A stretch of DNA of 64,000 nucleotides from Peribolospora baueri (taxonomy: Eukaryota), in the NCBI GenBank assembly GCA_029717555.1, contig JAMDHS010000001.1:372001-436000 (forward strand). Direction: 5' to 3'. The position numbers and the translations under genes were made by a program. This document shows positions 18,942 to 33,255 of the stretch, piece by piece. Within the stretch, counting starts at the first letter, position 1. Every line of letters starts with the position of its first letter. The notes under the pieces were generated by a model. It was not told the origin of the DNA. It was given only the letters and a program-made list of their open reading frames with translations, and did not search any database.

Positions 18942-19446
18942 CAAAGGTCGCTTTGAGAGCGTACACCTTTGTCTCACATCGATACAGTTTCGTTCGGGCT
19001 TGTCTTCCTCGCCGTCGACCCCCCTCCCCCCCACCGGCTTCCTAACCGTTTCTCATTTGGGCAATCCCGTCTAACGAAGGACATTTCGGTTCTCACTACC
19101 CGTCTCGTCTCGGTCCCGTCCAGTTCCCCCACTTCCACTACCACCCTTACCCCGCCTTTCGCGCATCTTCTATCGCTCCCACCCATGTATTCACATTCTC
19201 TCACACCCTCGATCTTTCTCGGTCGTCGATCTTTCCTCTAATAAGATGTTTGCTTCTGTGGAAAGTTTTCGACTAGGGGTCAGGAACAAGCTCGACTGCG
19301 GCACCGTGCCACCTCTCTTTGTAGCACCCCTCGAAACTATGCTACGAGGGATCGGATCTAGAGCCCAACGTCGTACGTAGTAGTATATCCGCTCCGCTCC
19401 GTGTCACCCGACAACTGTACGGTTCCGGATTCCGACTTGAGAGCCC

Positions 19447-19475
19447 GGTCGTCGTCGTCGTCGTCGTCGTCGTCG
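19447..19475. repeat. (GTC)n microsatellite just upstream of the EFM6-like ATG
   Basis: About 9 GTC units. Confidence 0.8.
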
Positions 19476-19492
19476 CTCTTTCCGCTTTGACG

Positions 19493-20969
19493 ATGGTGGT
19501 CCTCTTACCGCCCTCGAACGTGCTCTCGCCGCTCTCGAACGTGCTCGCGGCGGACGCGGACGACGTCGAGGCCATGCGACGACGGATCGAAGAAGAAGAG
19601 CGCCTCGACCTCGTCCATCCGTTCCGCCACCTCGGCGATGGATTTGAGGATTTGCCGGCTCCCGCTCTCGAAAAGGCAAAGGAAAAGGAAATGGACGGCG
19701 TGGACGTGGACGTGGACGTGCTCATCCCCCGCCAGCCGCCATCCGACTTGGGCCAGACACGCCACCTCGTCTTCGGCAAGGATTATGCTACCCACGGTAC
19801 GGGCAGAGAGGTGGCCGTTCGCTTGACCGTCGATGCTCGTAATGGGTGCGGCGGGAGCCTTTGGCCTGCTGGCGAGGTGAGCGTTCGTCTTTGCTTTTCT
19901 TTTTCTTGGTTTTGGTCCTCAAGAGCTCGTCACCCGTTCCTTCCGTCTGACGCATCGTTGCCCTATCCATATCCATCCATATCGCCCTTTCAGGTCCTCG
20001 CCTCCTACCTTTGTCAGAACGCTGAGCTGCTTGCCGGCGCTTGGGCCGGCCGAACGGTGGTCGAGTTGGGCAGCGGTACCGGTCTCGTCGGCGTCGCGCT
20101 CTCCAAACTCGAGCGGAGAGCGCGGATATGGGTGACGGACATGGAGTGAGCCAATGTGGGCTCGTGCGCATCATCATCGTTCGACTGGTCCCCGAGCCGG
20201 CCAGCGATCCGCTCACCCACCCACCACTTTGACGTCTTCTGCGCCCGGTGATCGCTGTAGACCATTGCTGCCATTGTTGAGGAAGAACGTCGCTTTGAAC
20301 GACGCTGGCGAACATGTCCGCGTCGCCAATCTCACGTGGTACGTTGGTCTGGTGCCCCTGCCGGTTGTGGACGAAGATGTTTCTGTCTGGATGTTGATCT
20401 TCGCTCCTCTTCTGCCCCACCCGTCACCCGTCCCACTGCAGGGGACTTCCCATCGGTGAAGGCCTTCCTCTCAAACCAGATGTAAGGCCGAAGTGCTGAG
20501 GTCATGCCCCGCCCGCCTTAGTGCTCACGTCCGTTCTCCACTTGGCTAACTCGTCTGTACAGGTCATCCTTGCCGCCGACTGCGTCTACCTCGAGGCAGC
20601 CTTTCGTGAGCGAGCAGTCATGGACGTTCGTATCATTCCTGATCGACGTGTCTAACGTGGTCATCTATCCGTTCCGTCTCGCCAGAGCCTCTGGTCGACA
20701 CTCTTATCGAGCTCTCGACGCCGGACACGTTGATCCTCTTCAGCTACAAGAAGCGAAGGAAGGTACGCCCCGTCTTGACTCATTCTTGCAAGTTCCGCGA
20801 CTTGAGCACTCATGCTCCTTCACCTTGCCAGGCGGACAGACACTTCTTTGTCAAGCTCAAAAAGCACTTTTTCATGGAGGAGGTGGACGATCCCGCAAGG
20901 GAGGTATACCGTCGACAAAGCATAAACCTTTGGAGACTCAGGCCGCGAACGCACAAGTCACACGTTTAG
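19493..20969 (+). CDS. EFM6: Protein-lysine methyltransferase, METTL21/EFM6 family (multi-exon)
   Basis: GCGGSLWPAGEVL, VELGSGTGLVG, VILAADCVYLE, YKKRRKADRHFF. Confidence 0.82.
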
Positions 20970-21085
20970 ATCATTGGGACTGGGGTGGACACGGGTATTT
21001 CTGGACGGAAGAGACCGTGGATCTCTACTTTTTTGGACTGAACATAGATATTGCCTCCAACGGACCGCGCTCGACTTGGAAGTTT

Positions 21086-21989
21086 TCAAAAGATGATATG
21101 CAGGTCGTGCCATTTGACCCACGCGGCGACGATGGCCAAGGAGATGCAGGCGGGAGCCAAGTCGAGCTGCACGATCGCGTATACCCACAGAGTACCGAGC
21201 GGAGGGCACTGGCGGATCACGGGGTGATATGGCGACTGGGGGAGAGAGAACGTGACCGTGAGCACGAACAGGGAGAAAAGTGAAAATGCCTTGAAGGGGG
21301 AGGGATCTGCAATAATGGACCACATGCTAATAATACGCAACGTAGCTCGACTCACCTTGTTGACCCTGTAGACCATCAAACAGCCACACCATATCGACAA
21401 CGCGAACAAAGCAAGCTGGGTGACCCATCGTCGGACGTGTCTCTTCGCTGAGAACGGTGGACCTGAGTATGAGCGTCTCGACCGGCAGCCGTGTGGTCGA
21501 CTCCCTGTAAATCGTTACAAGCTCACTGTAGAAGATGAACACGGACAGGACTGCAAATGCGATGTGGTTCGGCTCCGTGAATCTCACGCACCCACATCGA
21601 AGCCTCACACGAGATAAGGAGTCTGAATGCTCACTGGGTACTGCTTGGGCCAGACGGCCAAGTTCGTCCATAATCGTCGGGTGTTGAGCGTATTGCTGCC
21701 GGATCATTATGTCCATAAGGAGATAGACGAACGAGAACGGGATGAGGTACAGGAGCGTATCGAACATTTCCTCGAACAGCGGCGACGGCCCGTCTCTTTT
21801 CGCCTCGTCTAAAGCGCGCTGAGCGTCGCGTCGTCGCGGGCCACCACCGTCGGAAAGGCGCGCAGCAGAGGCGCCATCATTGGTCGAATCGAGCTCTTCG
21901 AAGCGAGGATGTTCGAAGTCAGGGGGCAGACGATGGAGAATGCCGGAGCTCTCGACGAGACGAATCTGCTCCGACACGGGGATGTCCAT
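21086..21989 (-). CDS. Fungal small multi-TM membrane protein of unknown function
   Basis: Spliced ORF MDIPVSEQIRLV...LLYLIPFSFVYLLMDIMIRQQYAQHP...QCPPLGTLWVYAIVQLDL...WHDLHIIF*, with hydrophobic segments and canonical introns. Confidence 0.7.
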
Positions 21990-22189
21990 GACCGGCCAGG
22001 CGCAGATATACAGATAGGACCCGAGAGATCGACGGCGAACGAGAAGATGGGGAGCCGGATTCTGGTACTGCGGTACGTGGGTGTTTTATCGTGGCCCTGG
22101 CGGCAGATCACGGACGAGCGAGCGCCGGCCGGCCTTGCCTCGCTTCTCAAGACTGTTTGCTGACCAGACTCACTTCATCACACATCGCC

Positions 22190-23175
22190 ATGGCTTCTCA
22201 GAAGGTCGCTGCCGCCGCCGTCGTGAGTAGCTGGGAGAAGAAAAAAAAGGCATGCACATACGATAGCTTCCGACCTGATCCTCTTTTTCTTGCATGCCTT
22301 AGGACTGGACGCGCGTCTACTCTTCGCTCGGCTTGGGCAAGCAGACGGTCGCCGGCTTGCAGGCCTTCCGCAAGCGCCACGATGAGGCTCGCCGCATCGT
22401 GAACTCTCTCAAAGAGCAGCGCACCGACGTTGACCTCGAGTTCTACCGCAACACTCTGAAGAATAAGGATGTCGTCAACCAGGCCGAGAAGATCCTCCGC
22501 GAGTTCAAGCCGGTCACTTACGACGTCAACACCCAAATCAAGGCCATCGACGCCTTCGAGGGCAAGGCTGTAAGTTGGACCACGATTTGCTCAAGTGGGC
22601 CGAATGTTAGGTCTCTCTGGTGTTTGATGAGGTCAGCGCTCTGATCGACTGGTATCGAACGTCGGGATGTCGCTTTACTCTCGCTTTCTTCCTCGCAACC
22701 AGGTGGAGAAGGCTCAGGCAGCGGCTGCCAAGATCGATGAGGAGTTGTCGGATCTGCAGAAGACCTTGACCAACATCGAGCAGGCCAGGCCCTTCGAGGA
22801 CCTTACGGTATGTAGAACGCCCCGAACGAATTTTGGAGGTGCCGCTCGTTGCGCTCACAAGGAGAGCGCTTCGCCCACAATCTCCTCACGCTCGTTTGGA
22901 TTGCAGATCGAGGACGTCGCCATTGCTCGTCCCGAGATTGCCAAGACTACCGACGTGCGTGCTGCATTGAAGTCAGGTGGAAGGGTGTGCTCATCCAGCT
23001 GATCAGATACATCTTTGTTCGTCTACCTCAGAACATGGTCAGCAAGGGCAAGTTCAGCGTCCCCGGTTACAGGGAGAAGTGTGAGTCCTGTTTGTCGCTG
23101 TGACGAAGCAGACGAACCATGTACTAATTTACTTCTGATGTTTTCGTTGCAGTCGGCGACCTCTCCGTCATGTAA
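22190..23175 (+). CDS. ATP7: Mitochondrial ATP synthase subunit d
   Basis: [61 protein letters not shown]. Confidence 0.95.
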
Positions 23176-23371
23176 AAGGGCCCTGTTGTCTACTATACTT
23201 AGAGCTCTATGCCCGCTCGGTTTACATTTCGGCCGGGTGGCGGGGAAATTGCACGAGTCTGACATTCGTTCATGGCGAGCTGCCTTTATTCTTAACTAAG
23301 AGAATGCGAAGACTTCTCAACCTACGACGTTGCCACGTTCAATTCGACAGACAGTATATCAGGATGGTTGT

Positions 23372-26300
23372 TTACACCGCCTGCTCCGTCTCCTCACAAT
23401 CGCTTTCGGCAAGTTGCTGCTTGACTGTGCAGTTGCAGTGATCCAGAACACCCTGCGCAGTGCCGTGAATTAGGCGGAGGGCCGACTCACTAGCTCGTTC
23501 CTGAGCGCGAGTATGCGACGTATCGACGGCTGAGCCTATTTCACGGTCGTGCATCAAAATACGGCACCGCACGCGTTCAGTTTTCATCGACTGAGGCAAA
23601 TCGCTTGTGGACATGTCGAAATGCCAAGCAAGGCAGCCCATTCCTCTGAATTTTGCCAACAGGGTGACTAAATCTGCAGAGGCGTGAAGGTGTTGAACAA
23701 AAGTCAGCCACCTAGATGAGAAACTTCTCCGAGCGTGCAGAACTCACGGTGCGGCTGATACGCCCTCGAATTCACGAACGTGGCTAGCCAAGGACGGTAC
23801 AGCTCCTCAAATACCTTCCTGGGGGCTTTCAAGTCGAAGTCGGCGTCGACGAGGACAGCACCAATTAAGCTCTCGACCACGTCCGCCATGGCCTTCGGCG
23901 GTGTCTGCTTGAGCCAGTATGGTTGCGGTGAAGCGCTGGACTCCTCTTCGAGGCGACGTTCTTCCATGATCTCGACATAGTCCGTGATAGCCACGAGCAT
24001 TGGTTCACTCTGACATTGATAAACGCAAAGTGTGAGCGACCCTCGCCGCCAAAAGAAACATCTCCAAGCTTATTTTACTCACATTATGGTTGAGAAAACG
24101 ATACTGCTCGCAGTAATTTCCCAACTAATCAGTCGTAATCCAGTCGTCTAAACTCGTCCCCTGTAAACTTAGCTCACCAGACCAGTTGCTTCACAAAGAG
24201 CCCCGTACGCGTTGTTGGAGACCATCGCGTTCTGTAAGGTCGGATCGGCATTTCATTAGGCCCCCGCCCCGATCCCAGATGTCACTACAAGGTACTCACC
24301 TTCATAGCGGTATAGTCACCCTCGGTTTGTGCACTCTGCTCAGAATAAAGCATGTCGACCACAAAGAACTTTTGTGCAAAACAAGTTTCGTCGGCGAATG
24401 GCCGTCAATCTATTTTCACTGGAGATGATCCGGGTTGCTCACGTCAAGAAGCGCGTCTCCAAGGAATTCGAGTCGCTGATAGCTCGGAAGGTCGGTGCCT
24501 AACAGCGATGGATGACACTAAGACGGAGAGAGGATGGATGCGGCTCCAAGAGGTCAGCATCCTCAGCGAAAGCTAGATGGGGAGTTCGATGTTTACCCAC
24601 CAGAGCTTCAAGCACGAGCGATGGATCTTTGAAGTTGTACCCAAGGCAGGCCTCGACCTTCTCCACCACAGGTTTGCGAGCAAGTTTGGCCCGTTCACTC
24701 CTGATGTCCCTCATTTTCAGGTCGTACTGGTAGGCGAAATCAGACCAAATTTTGACGGTCCCCAAATCTAGCCCCAATGACAACGCTGCTTTGAGGCCCA
24801 TATCTGTACCGGCAAGGCCGCCCACGGCGAGGCACGCCTCGAAGACGTCGGCAAGGCACTGAAAGACAGCGATGCAGGCATTAGTCAAGGGTCGTGACAA
24901 GACCTTTATTAATCCCTAACCTTCTCATGTAAGATCTGCTTTGTTGCTTGAACCCGTTTCTTGGATTTCTTGGACGGTGAATCGTTCGAGGTGTCGATTC
25001 GAAAGTTTGGCGGCCAGAACTCTTTTGGGTGGAATGGATCGGCTGCAATATACTCATAGAGGCCGTTATTGAGCACAAGTGGCGCCAGAGAGCGATTTTG
25101 GATAAGCTTTTTCCTATCGGTGTGTAGCTTGCCCTCGTGCGCGTCGACATCGGATACGAACACGAAAACTGAACAGCAAGCCAAGTCAAACGAGAACAGT
25201 ACATCAGAATCGTCGATCCATTTAAAGATCCTTTCTCGATGCATTTCTAGCTTACTGCTTGTCAAGTTCTTGAGAAAGCTAGGAGAGACGAAAGGCGTAG
25301 ATGTAAGCAACATTGCCGCAAGTGGACCGCTGGTATTAGTTTTCGTCTCACCTATCTCCGTACCACTCCAAAACCTCATAATTCCACTTGACGCCGTATG
25401 ACGGCGCGGTCACAGAGCATGAGAGTAAGCGATAATCGAGTTGCGCACCGAAGAGTCGCTCGTTCAACTCGTGCGCCATCAACAGGCGCTCGATCCAGGT
25501 GATGATAGAAGGGAAAAGCAGGCCAGCGCGAAAGACGGTGGCAGAGACTGCAAAACGAACAAAACAAGTCAGCCGAATCCTCCTGCGATCGCAAGCAAGA
25601 CTGATGCTCACTTGAATGCTGGTGGCTGAATTGAGGTATGACGATGCGGTTAACGGCTCTTGCGGATGGAGGCCCAGTGAGATTTGTGGACTTCAGATTG
25701 TTTATAACCTTGGTGCCGGAGCTGTTGATCTCCAGGAGTGGCTGGCTTGCGTCGCAAGCAAGGGGTGCGTCCAGTTTGATGTTTCGCTTGTTCAGATTGA
25801 AGACATACTGGTCGAAATAGGTCGTGAAGTGTGACGGTTTGACCTCGTACTGAGAGAATGGATTCAAGTCCGTCCGAAGTCTGACGACGAACGACCTCCT
25901 CGACGCGCGTGCTCCGCCGCGATCCGCCACGAGTATCTCATCCAGAGGGCTGGACAAGCTGAGCGGTACACTGCTGACGCGAGCCCCTAGCGCGACTTCG
26001 TCCCAGTCGACATCAGTTCGTGCCTCAACGAACTCTTTCTGGGCGGCCACCCTCTTGATGGGTATGAGAAAGTAAGGCATATCCTCAATGTCACATACCC
26101 ATTGGATCCTGGTGACCAACTCAAAGAGGCGTATCGTGAACTGGTGGACGTTATGAACCTCTTCCGCGGTCAAGTCGATACTGCCCACGGATCGTGGCTG
26201 CACGGCGGCAAAACGAGAAGTCCCGCTCTCGAGGACGAGATCGAAATCTGAGAGTGGGGGAAGCGGCTTGCGGGTCAAGAGAAGCAACGGACGGAACCGC

Positions 26301-29300
26301 TCCACGTCGGGGCTTCCAAGGCGAAGAAGAGTAGCGAAGAGGCGTCCAGGGAAGACGGATGTGAATCGCCAGAACCTCGTCGTCATGCGATTGTAAGCCC
26401 GGATACCTTGCAAGTCGGGCCCTGCGATAACGGCTTGCTCGTCAGAGACCATAGGACGGACGCGTCTCGGCGGTAGAAAGTGCTCGTCAAGGATTCCAGC
26501 CTCATACTGTATGCAATCCCAGAGATCAAAGTGTATCAACGGCGATGAAGCCTTTACAGTTCTGAAAGTGGGCACGCGCTTACCAGCTCTTTGCAGAGTT
26601 TGAACGCTGCCATGCGACGTGCAACGTGCATGCTGGAGTGCGGCGCAGATTGAATTCGTCGAACGTGACTGTTCGAGGGCATCTTGATGGTGCATATCCA
26701 TCCGGTCGCCTGGAAAAAGTCTAGCACTTTCTCGATCTCAAACATGGGCTTGAGTGCTGTCGTGCCGATGGGCGTAAGTGTGGTACAGTAGAGATGTACG
26801 AGCTTAACCGCGTCCTTTGGCGTCACTTTCGCCTTGGTTCGTTCGTTCTGGATGTAGCAGCGCTCATCATCGGCATCGAGGCTCTGAAGAGCAAGTTCAC
26901 GTTAGAGGTGCCACTATACTGGTTCCATGTGATGAGGAGACTCTTACCGCTTCCTCCCCCTGCTCAGCCCGAAGCCAAGCTGTGGTCTCCTCAGAAATCC
27001 GGTCATCGGGCAATGATTTAAGCCATTCCGTCATCACGGCGTCCGCCCGACCAGCTACGTTAGCGCAAAGCGCCAGCTGGTCGAGATTGTCCCGCTCGAT
27101 CATGACGATATAGTGCGAATTGGGGCGCCTAGCACGACCTCGAGATTGTATGTCTTCAATTCAAAAGGTAGATGCTGAGTCAATTGATGCCGATTTTACT
27201 TGCACCTCTCTCTCATGCGGGCCACTCACATGACACGTGAGAGGTGAACAAGTTGAAGCTGTGCAAACGGGAAAACGTGAGACTCTCGTGGCTAAAGCCA
27301 CTTGGGAAAAATATACGCTCCGCTCACCGAATGACGACGTTGCATGGCTGGATGTCGAGACCCTCTTCTGCGACGCTGGTAGCAATCAATATGTTGATCT
27401 TACGCCTCTTGAACTGGTTGACTGCGGGTAGAAGACGGTCAGAAAAGTTCGCGTCTCGCGCGGAAACCGGGGCTACTAGACGGGATACTTACGTATTTTT
27501 CTCTGCGATTTCCAGCCCATCCCCTCGCGGCCTTTACCACTTCGACCAGGATTGCCTTCGCTACCATGACCGGTAAGCGGTGAAGCCTTGATAAACGACA
27601 GTCCAGGCACGCGAGAGATGATGTCACAACTGAGCAAGACAAGCGAAGGGTGCAAGGTTTAGCGGTAATTCCCCGCGATGATGCCTTCAGCGACTTGGAT
27701 ATCCGTAAGTTACGCACAGGACGAAGGCTGCATTGCGCTGCTCCACGAATACGATCCCACAGAGTTCTTCCCGCAGCTGCGGCGTCGAGCCACAAGCTTC
27801 GAGGATCTCGAGAAGCTTGAGTAGTTTTGGCGACAGGGCTTGAGGACTGAGCTCGATCTCCGTTGGGACGGGCGGAGCCTGTCGTAGGACACTACGCAGA
27901 AAGTCAAGAACTTCCTCGGTCGCAGCCGCTTTCCGTGATTGCTTGAGGCGTGAAGCGCCGTTCCAGATCAGGTACAGGATCAGCTGGGTCATGAAAATGG
28001 AATTATGGCCGCTTCATCGCCTCGTTACCTTTTCTCGTGTTTTGGCCATTACGACTTGGTCTCCCTCCCCCTTCCTTTCGGACTCTACAGTCGGTCCAAA
28101 GATTGAGTATTCAGGATTCGTAACTATCATAACTTGGGTTTGGAGCTTTTCCTCGAGGTCGGTCACGCTTCGACGCCAGAAAAGGTCTACTGCGACGGGA
28201 CCGTATTCGCGCAGGCTGCGTGATGGGTGATTCAAGAAACTGGATCAGAATAAGCGTGTCCATAGGTCATTAAAAGCTGAGTTGCCTTGACTCACATGTT
28301 GTCAGCCTGGCTCCAAAGCCTCTTGAACACGGTATTGTCTTCGAGACTGTGTCCGATCAGGTTGGTGAGTGCCGTAGCTGGCCAGATCAATGGAGCATCA
28401 TACTAGGTGGTTGCAACCATTAAGATGTAGAGAAGCCAAGCGCTGGTCAGTCGCAATTCGCTTCGAGCTATAGAAGTGAACAGAGACCAGCAAGCACCTC
28501 CACGATGATCTCAATAGGCTTTGGAGCGAAAAGGCGAAGCTCGTCCTGGTATTCTGCCGCCGCCGTGAGAATCTTCGCGTCCATTCGAGCTTCTAGCTCT
28601 GCGAGTAGGCACAGATACGAACCAAAGTACGACAAAGACAGATCAGTAGAAAAGAACCAAAGCACAGCAAGGATAGATCAATAGAAGAGGTTTTCAAAGC
28701 GTAAATTCTGGCATACCTTCTGCAGCAATTTCAAAGTCACCAGTCTTGGAGGCCATCGGGCTCGCCGTCATGCCGAAAACCTTTGGTCTGTTCTCCGGCG
28801 CTTCGGCAAAGTAAAAATCGGACATGATTCTTGCAAAGGGATGGCTCCCTTGCTTCCCCTGACCGCCGCAGACGTGGTGTGCTTCGTCGAAGCAAAGGAT
28901 GTTAATTTGGTCGATGTTGACCCGGCCATGGACCAGTCCGTCGAGCTACTTGCAGGTAAAAGCGTTATGAGAGCATGCACGCATGTTCAGAGAAGCATGA
29001 GTAAAGAATGGACATGAAGAGCTCACCAGGATTTGCGCGGTGCATACGATGACATCAAAAGCTCTTTTAGCCTCATCCCAGTCGCCCGTGCTCCAATAAT
29101 CGATGTCATCCTCTCCGATAAGAGCCTTAACGCCTAAGGCGGAGTTCTTCTGAATGACGTGCGCTTGCTGGACTACGAGAGGAACGTGGTTGCAGACGAA
29201 GAAACTCGTGCGCTTCTGAAGGCCCTTAGCGACGCGCAGACATTCCTCGTCCCAGACGTGCTTGAGCAGGAGGACAGAAACAAGAGTCTTTCCAGATCCT

Positions 29301-29505
29301 GGAGGGCGGTGAGAAAAGTGAGCGATTCCTTTTCGCCTATTGGGTGCCACTTCGCAGGGAAAAAAAACTCGCCTGTTCCTAAGACTGAGATGACATTACC
29401 CTCTTTGGCTCTTTCGAGAGACTGAAGCTGATAGTCCCTCGGACGCTGTTCGACGTCGCCTTCTGCCTCGCGACCGTCATCGTTCGCTTGATTGATCACG
29501 ACCAT
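23372..29505 (-). CDS. DCL: Dicer-like RNase III (DExH helicase, Dicer dimerization domain, two RNase III domains, C-terminal dsRBD-like region; multi-exon)
   Basis: PRDYQL...[40 protein letters not shown], RNase IIIa YEVLEWYGD...LADVFEA, RNase IIIb [14 protein letters not shown]...[18 protein letters not shown]. Confidence 0.93.
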
Positions 29506-30086
29506 CTCCAGTGCCAGCGAAGGGGATTGCTGAGTAGCTGATCCTTTTTCGACTTCGTCAGCTCGGCGCCTTTCAAGAGAGCCAGGCCAATCCGGGCTCG
29601 CAGAGCAACGAGCAATGGAGGAAGCTGCCGCGGAGAGCCTCCAACTCTTCCTTGAAAAGGACGACAGCTACCGAGCAATGAAGGTGTAGCAGCTTGATGG
29701 GGTCGGTGGTTCACCGCAGAGTTCTTAGTTGCTCACTGCGAAGGACAAACGTTCACTCACACTTACGGCCGCCTCGATGAGGCGGCTATGGGGCGTGGCA
29801 GGCTCCCAGGCATGAGATGAGGATGAGAGGGAGCTTACGGTCTTTGTGCAATGGAGGGAGAATGGAAAGGAAAAACAGTGCAGCTGGCTGCTTCTCAGTC
29901 CACGTAAGTATGCCGCAGCCGATCAGCGAGCGTCCTTGGTTCGTCGGCGGCTCAGAAAGGACTCAGTTTTGCTGGTCGTGTGTGCTGTGCAGGTCTAGCA
30001 GGTGCAAGTCTAGCAGTGGACAAACAAGCGCTCAGCGTTGCCCCCTTCCTTCGGTCAGCCTTATATGTATCGTTTGGGATGGTCTC

Positions 30087-30124
30087 GTATCATCTCAGCC
30101 CTGGGGTATCATCTCAGCCCTGGG
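30087..30124. repeat. Perfect 19-bp tandem duplication in the Dicer/glycosylase divergent intergenic region
   Basis: GTATCATCTCAGCCCTGGG x2. Confidence 0.85.
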
Positions 30125-30347
30125 GTTCACCTCGCCCGAATGCGTCGGACATCCTTCATTCGGTTGCATGCAGGCGGATACGTATACCGGAAACAAATCG
30201 ATGCGTTCGTCTATAAGACATTCTCAACCAACAGCAACAGCTCGGCCCGAAAGCGACCTTCTTGCGTTGGCTAAATCCCATCCGTCCTCGCTCGCTCCTC
30301 AGTTTTTCTCGGAGTATCGGGTCGCCCTCGTAGTTTCCATCTCAGGG

Positions 30348-31763
30348 ATGTCTGCTCCATCCACACGCGTGTTGCGTTCTGCTTCCCGGCAATCAACACA
30401 TGTCAAAGCACCACCGTCACCGGCGACGTCGTCTCGCAAAAGGCAAAATGGCCGTGAGGCCGCCGTTGACGGCACCGGCAGCAGCGATGGGACAGCAGCT
30501 CCGACGGCAGGAGCAAGCTCTTCGAGGAAAGCTCGAAAGTTGGAACAGCTTTCACTATTCGCTTCCAGTTCGCCCTTCCCGGACTATGGTGGACCTTCTC
30601 CAGCACAGTGTCGTCAGGTGGTCGACCTCCTAGCTGAGCACCATGGCAGCAACCCACAGAGAGAACTCGGCAAAACAGCGTACGGCGGGTGTGGTGATGT
30701 GGCGAATATCCTTGACGCCCTTGTGCGCACAACGATCTCCCAGAGTGAGAGATGTGACGCAGATGGAAGCGAGGAAGGGCGAGGAAAAGAAGGACGAAGG
30801 CGTTTACTCTCACACTTGGTCATTTTCTTTGCACAGACACCACCAATGTCAATAGTACCAGGGCACATCGCTCCCTTGTGGATACCTTTGGCACACCTCC
30901 TGATTGCTGGGAGGCTATCCTCCAAGCACCGCTTTCGGATCTAGTTGGTGCTCTCCGATGCGGCGGCCTTGCCCAAAGGAAAGCGGAAACTATTCACAAG
31001 GTCATGAGTGAGGTGAAGAAAAAATATGGCAGTGACCCGATTAGCCTGGATCATCTGCACGGCCGTTCTAATGCCGAAGTGATGGAAGAGCTTGTGAGCT
31101 TCGATGGCATTGGTCCAAAGACCGCGTCATGTGTGAGTCCACTCTTGTCCGTCTTTGCAGGGGCGTACCACACCCACAATGACTGACGCATTGCACTTTG
31201 AACTGCCGAGCAGGTCCTGCTCTTCAGCATGGGAAGAGCAAGTTTTGCCGTCGATACCCACGTCCTCCGTCTCTCAAAGGCATTGGGCTGGGTGCCAGCC
31301 TCAGCAACCCGGGATCAGGCCTTCCATCACCTTGATTTACGGATTCCGGATGAACTTAAGTACCCTCTTCATGTCCTCCTCGTCAAAGTACGTCCTGATT
31401 GTACAAGAGACTTGCTTAATGACATGGTGTCTGACCATTAGTGCTCATGATTTCCAGCACGGCAGGTCTTGTCCAAACTGTGCTGCCAATGGGCAACCTC
31501 GGTGGGGAGGACGTAAGCGTCTCTCCGTAGTCACTGCTGATCAACAGTCTGTGGTCACTTCTGCATCTCCATCTGTAAAGGTGAAGCAGGAAGTGGAAGT
31601 GGGTATGAATAGTGTGCCCGACGCGGACATCAAATATAGTGTAGGTAGCAATGACATCAAAGTGGAGACGGCTGAGGCAAGGCCGATGCAGGTTGCGCCT
31701 GCAGCTTGTCCCTTGAAGTCGCACGGTCTGCTCAAATGGAGGCCGACGAAACAGGAGAAATAG
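30348..31763 (+). CDS. HhH-GPD DNA glycosylase (endonuclease III-like; multi-exon)
   Basis: ILDALVRTTISQ, LRCGGLAQRKA, HhH motif LVSFDGIGPKTASCV, FAVDTHVLRL, HGRSCPNC. Confidence 0.88.
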
Positions 31764-31838
31764 ATTGCGCTGCATTATGACGATCTTTAATACATACTGT
31801 GTAGAGGTCCCCTTCTCCTAACTGCCATGACATGGCGA

Positions 31839-33071
31839 TCAACGTGTTCCATCAAATCGTACACCCATGTTCGCGCTGGGGTTCAGTCCCAGTAGCTTCA
31901 TCCTCGCAGCCTCGATTCGCTCGTTCTGGACCTTACGAAGCGCGGCCAATTGCTCCTTGCTCATCCATGACTCTTGCTCGACGGTTGCCCGCCTGTGAGA
32001 CTTGCGAGCATTGTCCTAGAGAGCCGTCGACAGGATACACCAGTCACATCAGATGCGGAAAGCAAAGGGGTAGATGATTGTAAAATGATGCATACCTCAT
32101 CCTTCGAAAAGTCAAACTCGTCGCTTATGCCCATGCTCTCGCCCATACGTATCGCCTCCATTCGTTTATCGTGGGCCTAAAGGTAGTAGATTTGACGTCA
32201 ATCGTTTCGCCCCGCTCGGGACGCATACGAAACACCCTCGTAAGTAACACCCACATCAAGATTGTAAAATTTCTCGTGCGGCAGCGTTGCTGTGTTGAAG
32301 TCCTATGTGATAATGCGATAAGACATATATAGTGAGCCATCGTATTCCTCGAGCATGGCGGACGGACCGCTTACCTCCACAAATCTGGCGATCTCTGCCT
32401 TCTCCTTAGAACCACTGAGGCTCTCCGGATTCATCATGCGATGCTCAACGAGCCAGGCTCTGAACTCGGCTTGTTTCTCTGGAAGGTCAGCCTCGGTGAT
32501 GATGCCATACTTTCCCCATTGGTCGGTGACGGCACCAGTAGAACCCTTGTCATTTCCATTGTCCTTCCTCTGTGAAGAGCCCACGAAAGCAATTAGCGTC
32601 TGCCGGACTATCGGGTTACGATAAATAGAGGCTCACCTTGTACCGCTTATCCGTTTTACGTTTTCGTTCTCTGCCATCGTCTCCATGCTTTCGACGTTCC
32701 TTTTCCCTCCTTCTCTTCCGACGTTTCCTCGCTTCACGGTCCGAATCCGAATCCCGCCCCGTGGAGGAGTCCGACGATGGCGAGCGAGAGCGAGAGCGAC
32801 GATGGTGCCGCCGAGAGGAAGAGTGATGTGAGCGATGATGGCGGTGGTGTCGCCGCGGCGACTTCGAGCGAGATCGGGGTTGTGAATTGTGTCTATGGCG
32901 GCGGTCGGACCGCGAACGCTCCAGGGATCGAGAACGGTCGCGGGTTGCGTGCTGGTCCTCCTTCCTTTCCCGACTTAAGTGTTTGGACGAAGACGCTTCG
33001 GTCGCCACTCTCGGACTCCTGCTACGGCTTCGATGTCTGTGGCGGCTGGTCGCCGGGCTGTCCTCGACCAT
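31839..33071 (-). CDS. Uncharacterised SR/RH-rich protein, probably nuclear (multi-exon)
   Basis: RS-rich N-terminus, then WGKYGII...EFRAWLVE...FVEDYNTATLPHEKFYN; ends MGVRFDGTR* at TGA 31839-31841. Confidence 0.75.
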
Positions 33072-33255
33072 GCTGGTAAAACGTTTGACGATGAGCAAAG
33101 TGTTGTTTAAAAGATTCCTGATGCGGGGCTGGGAGTAGTCGAGGGTCACGTGCACCAACCATTCCGAATGGTGACCTTCTTTACTACTCTTAATACTGAA
33201 TTAGAAGCGCTCCGGTATATCGTACAAGTAGTCTAGTAGTACTGAGTTTCAGTTC

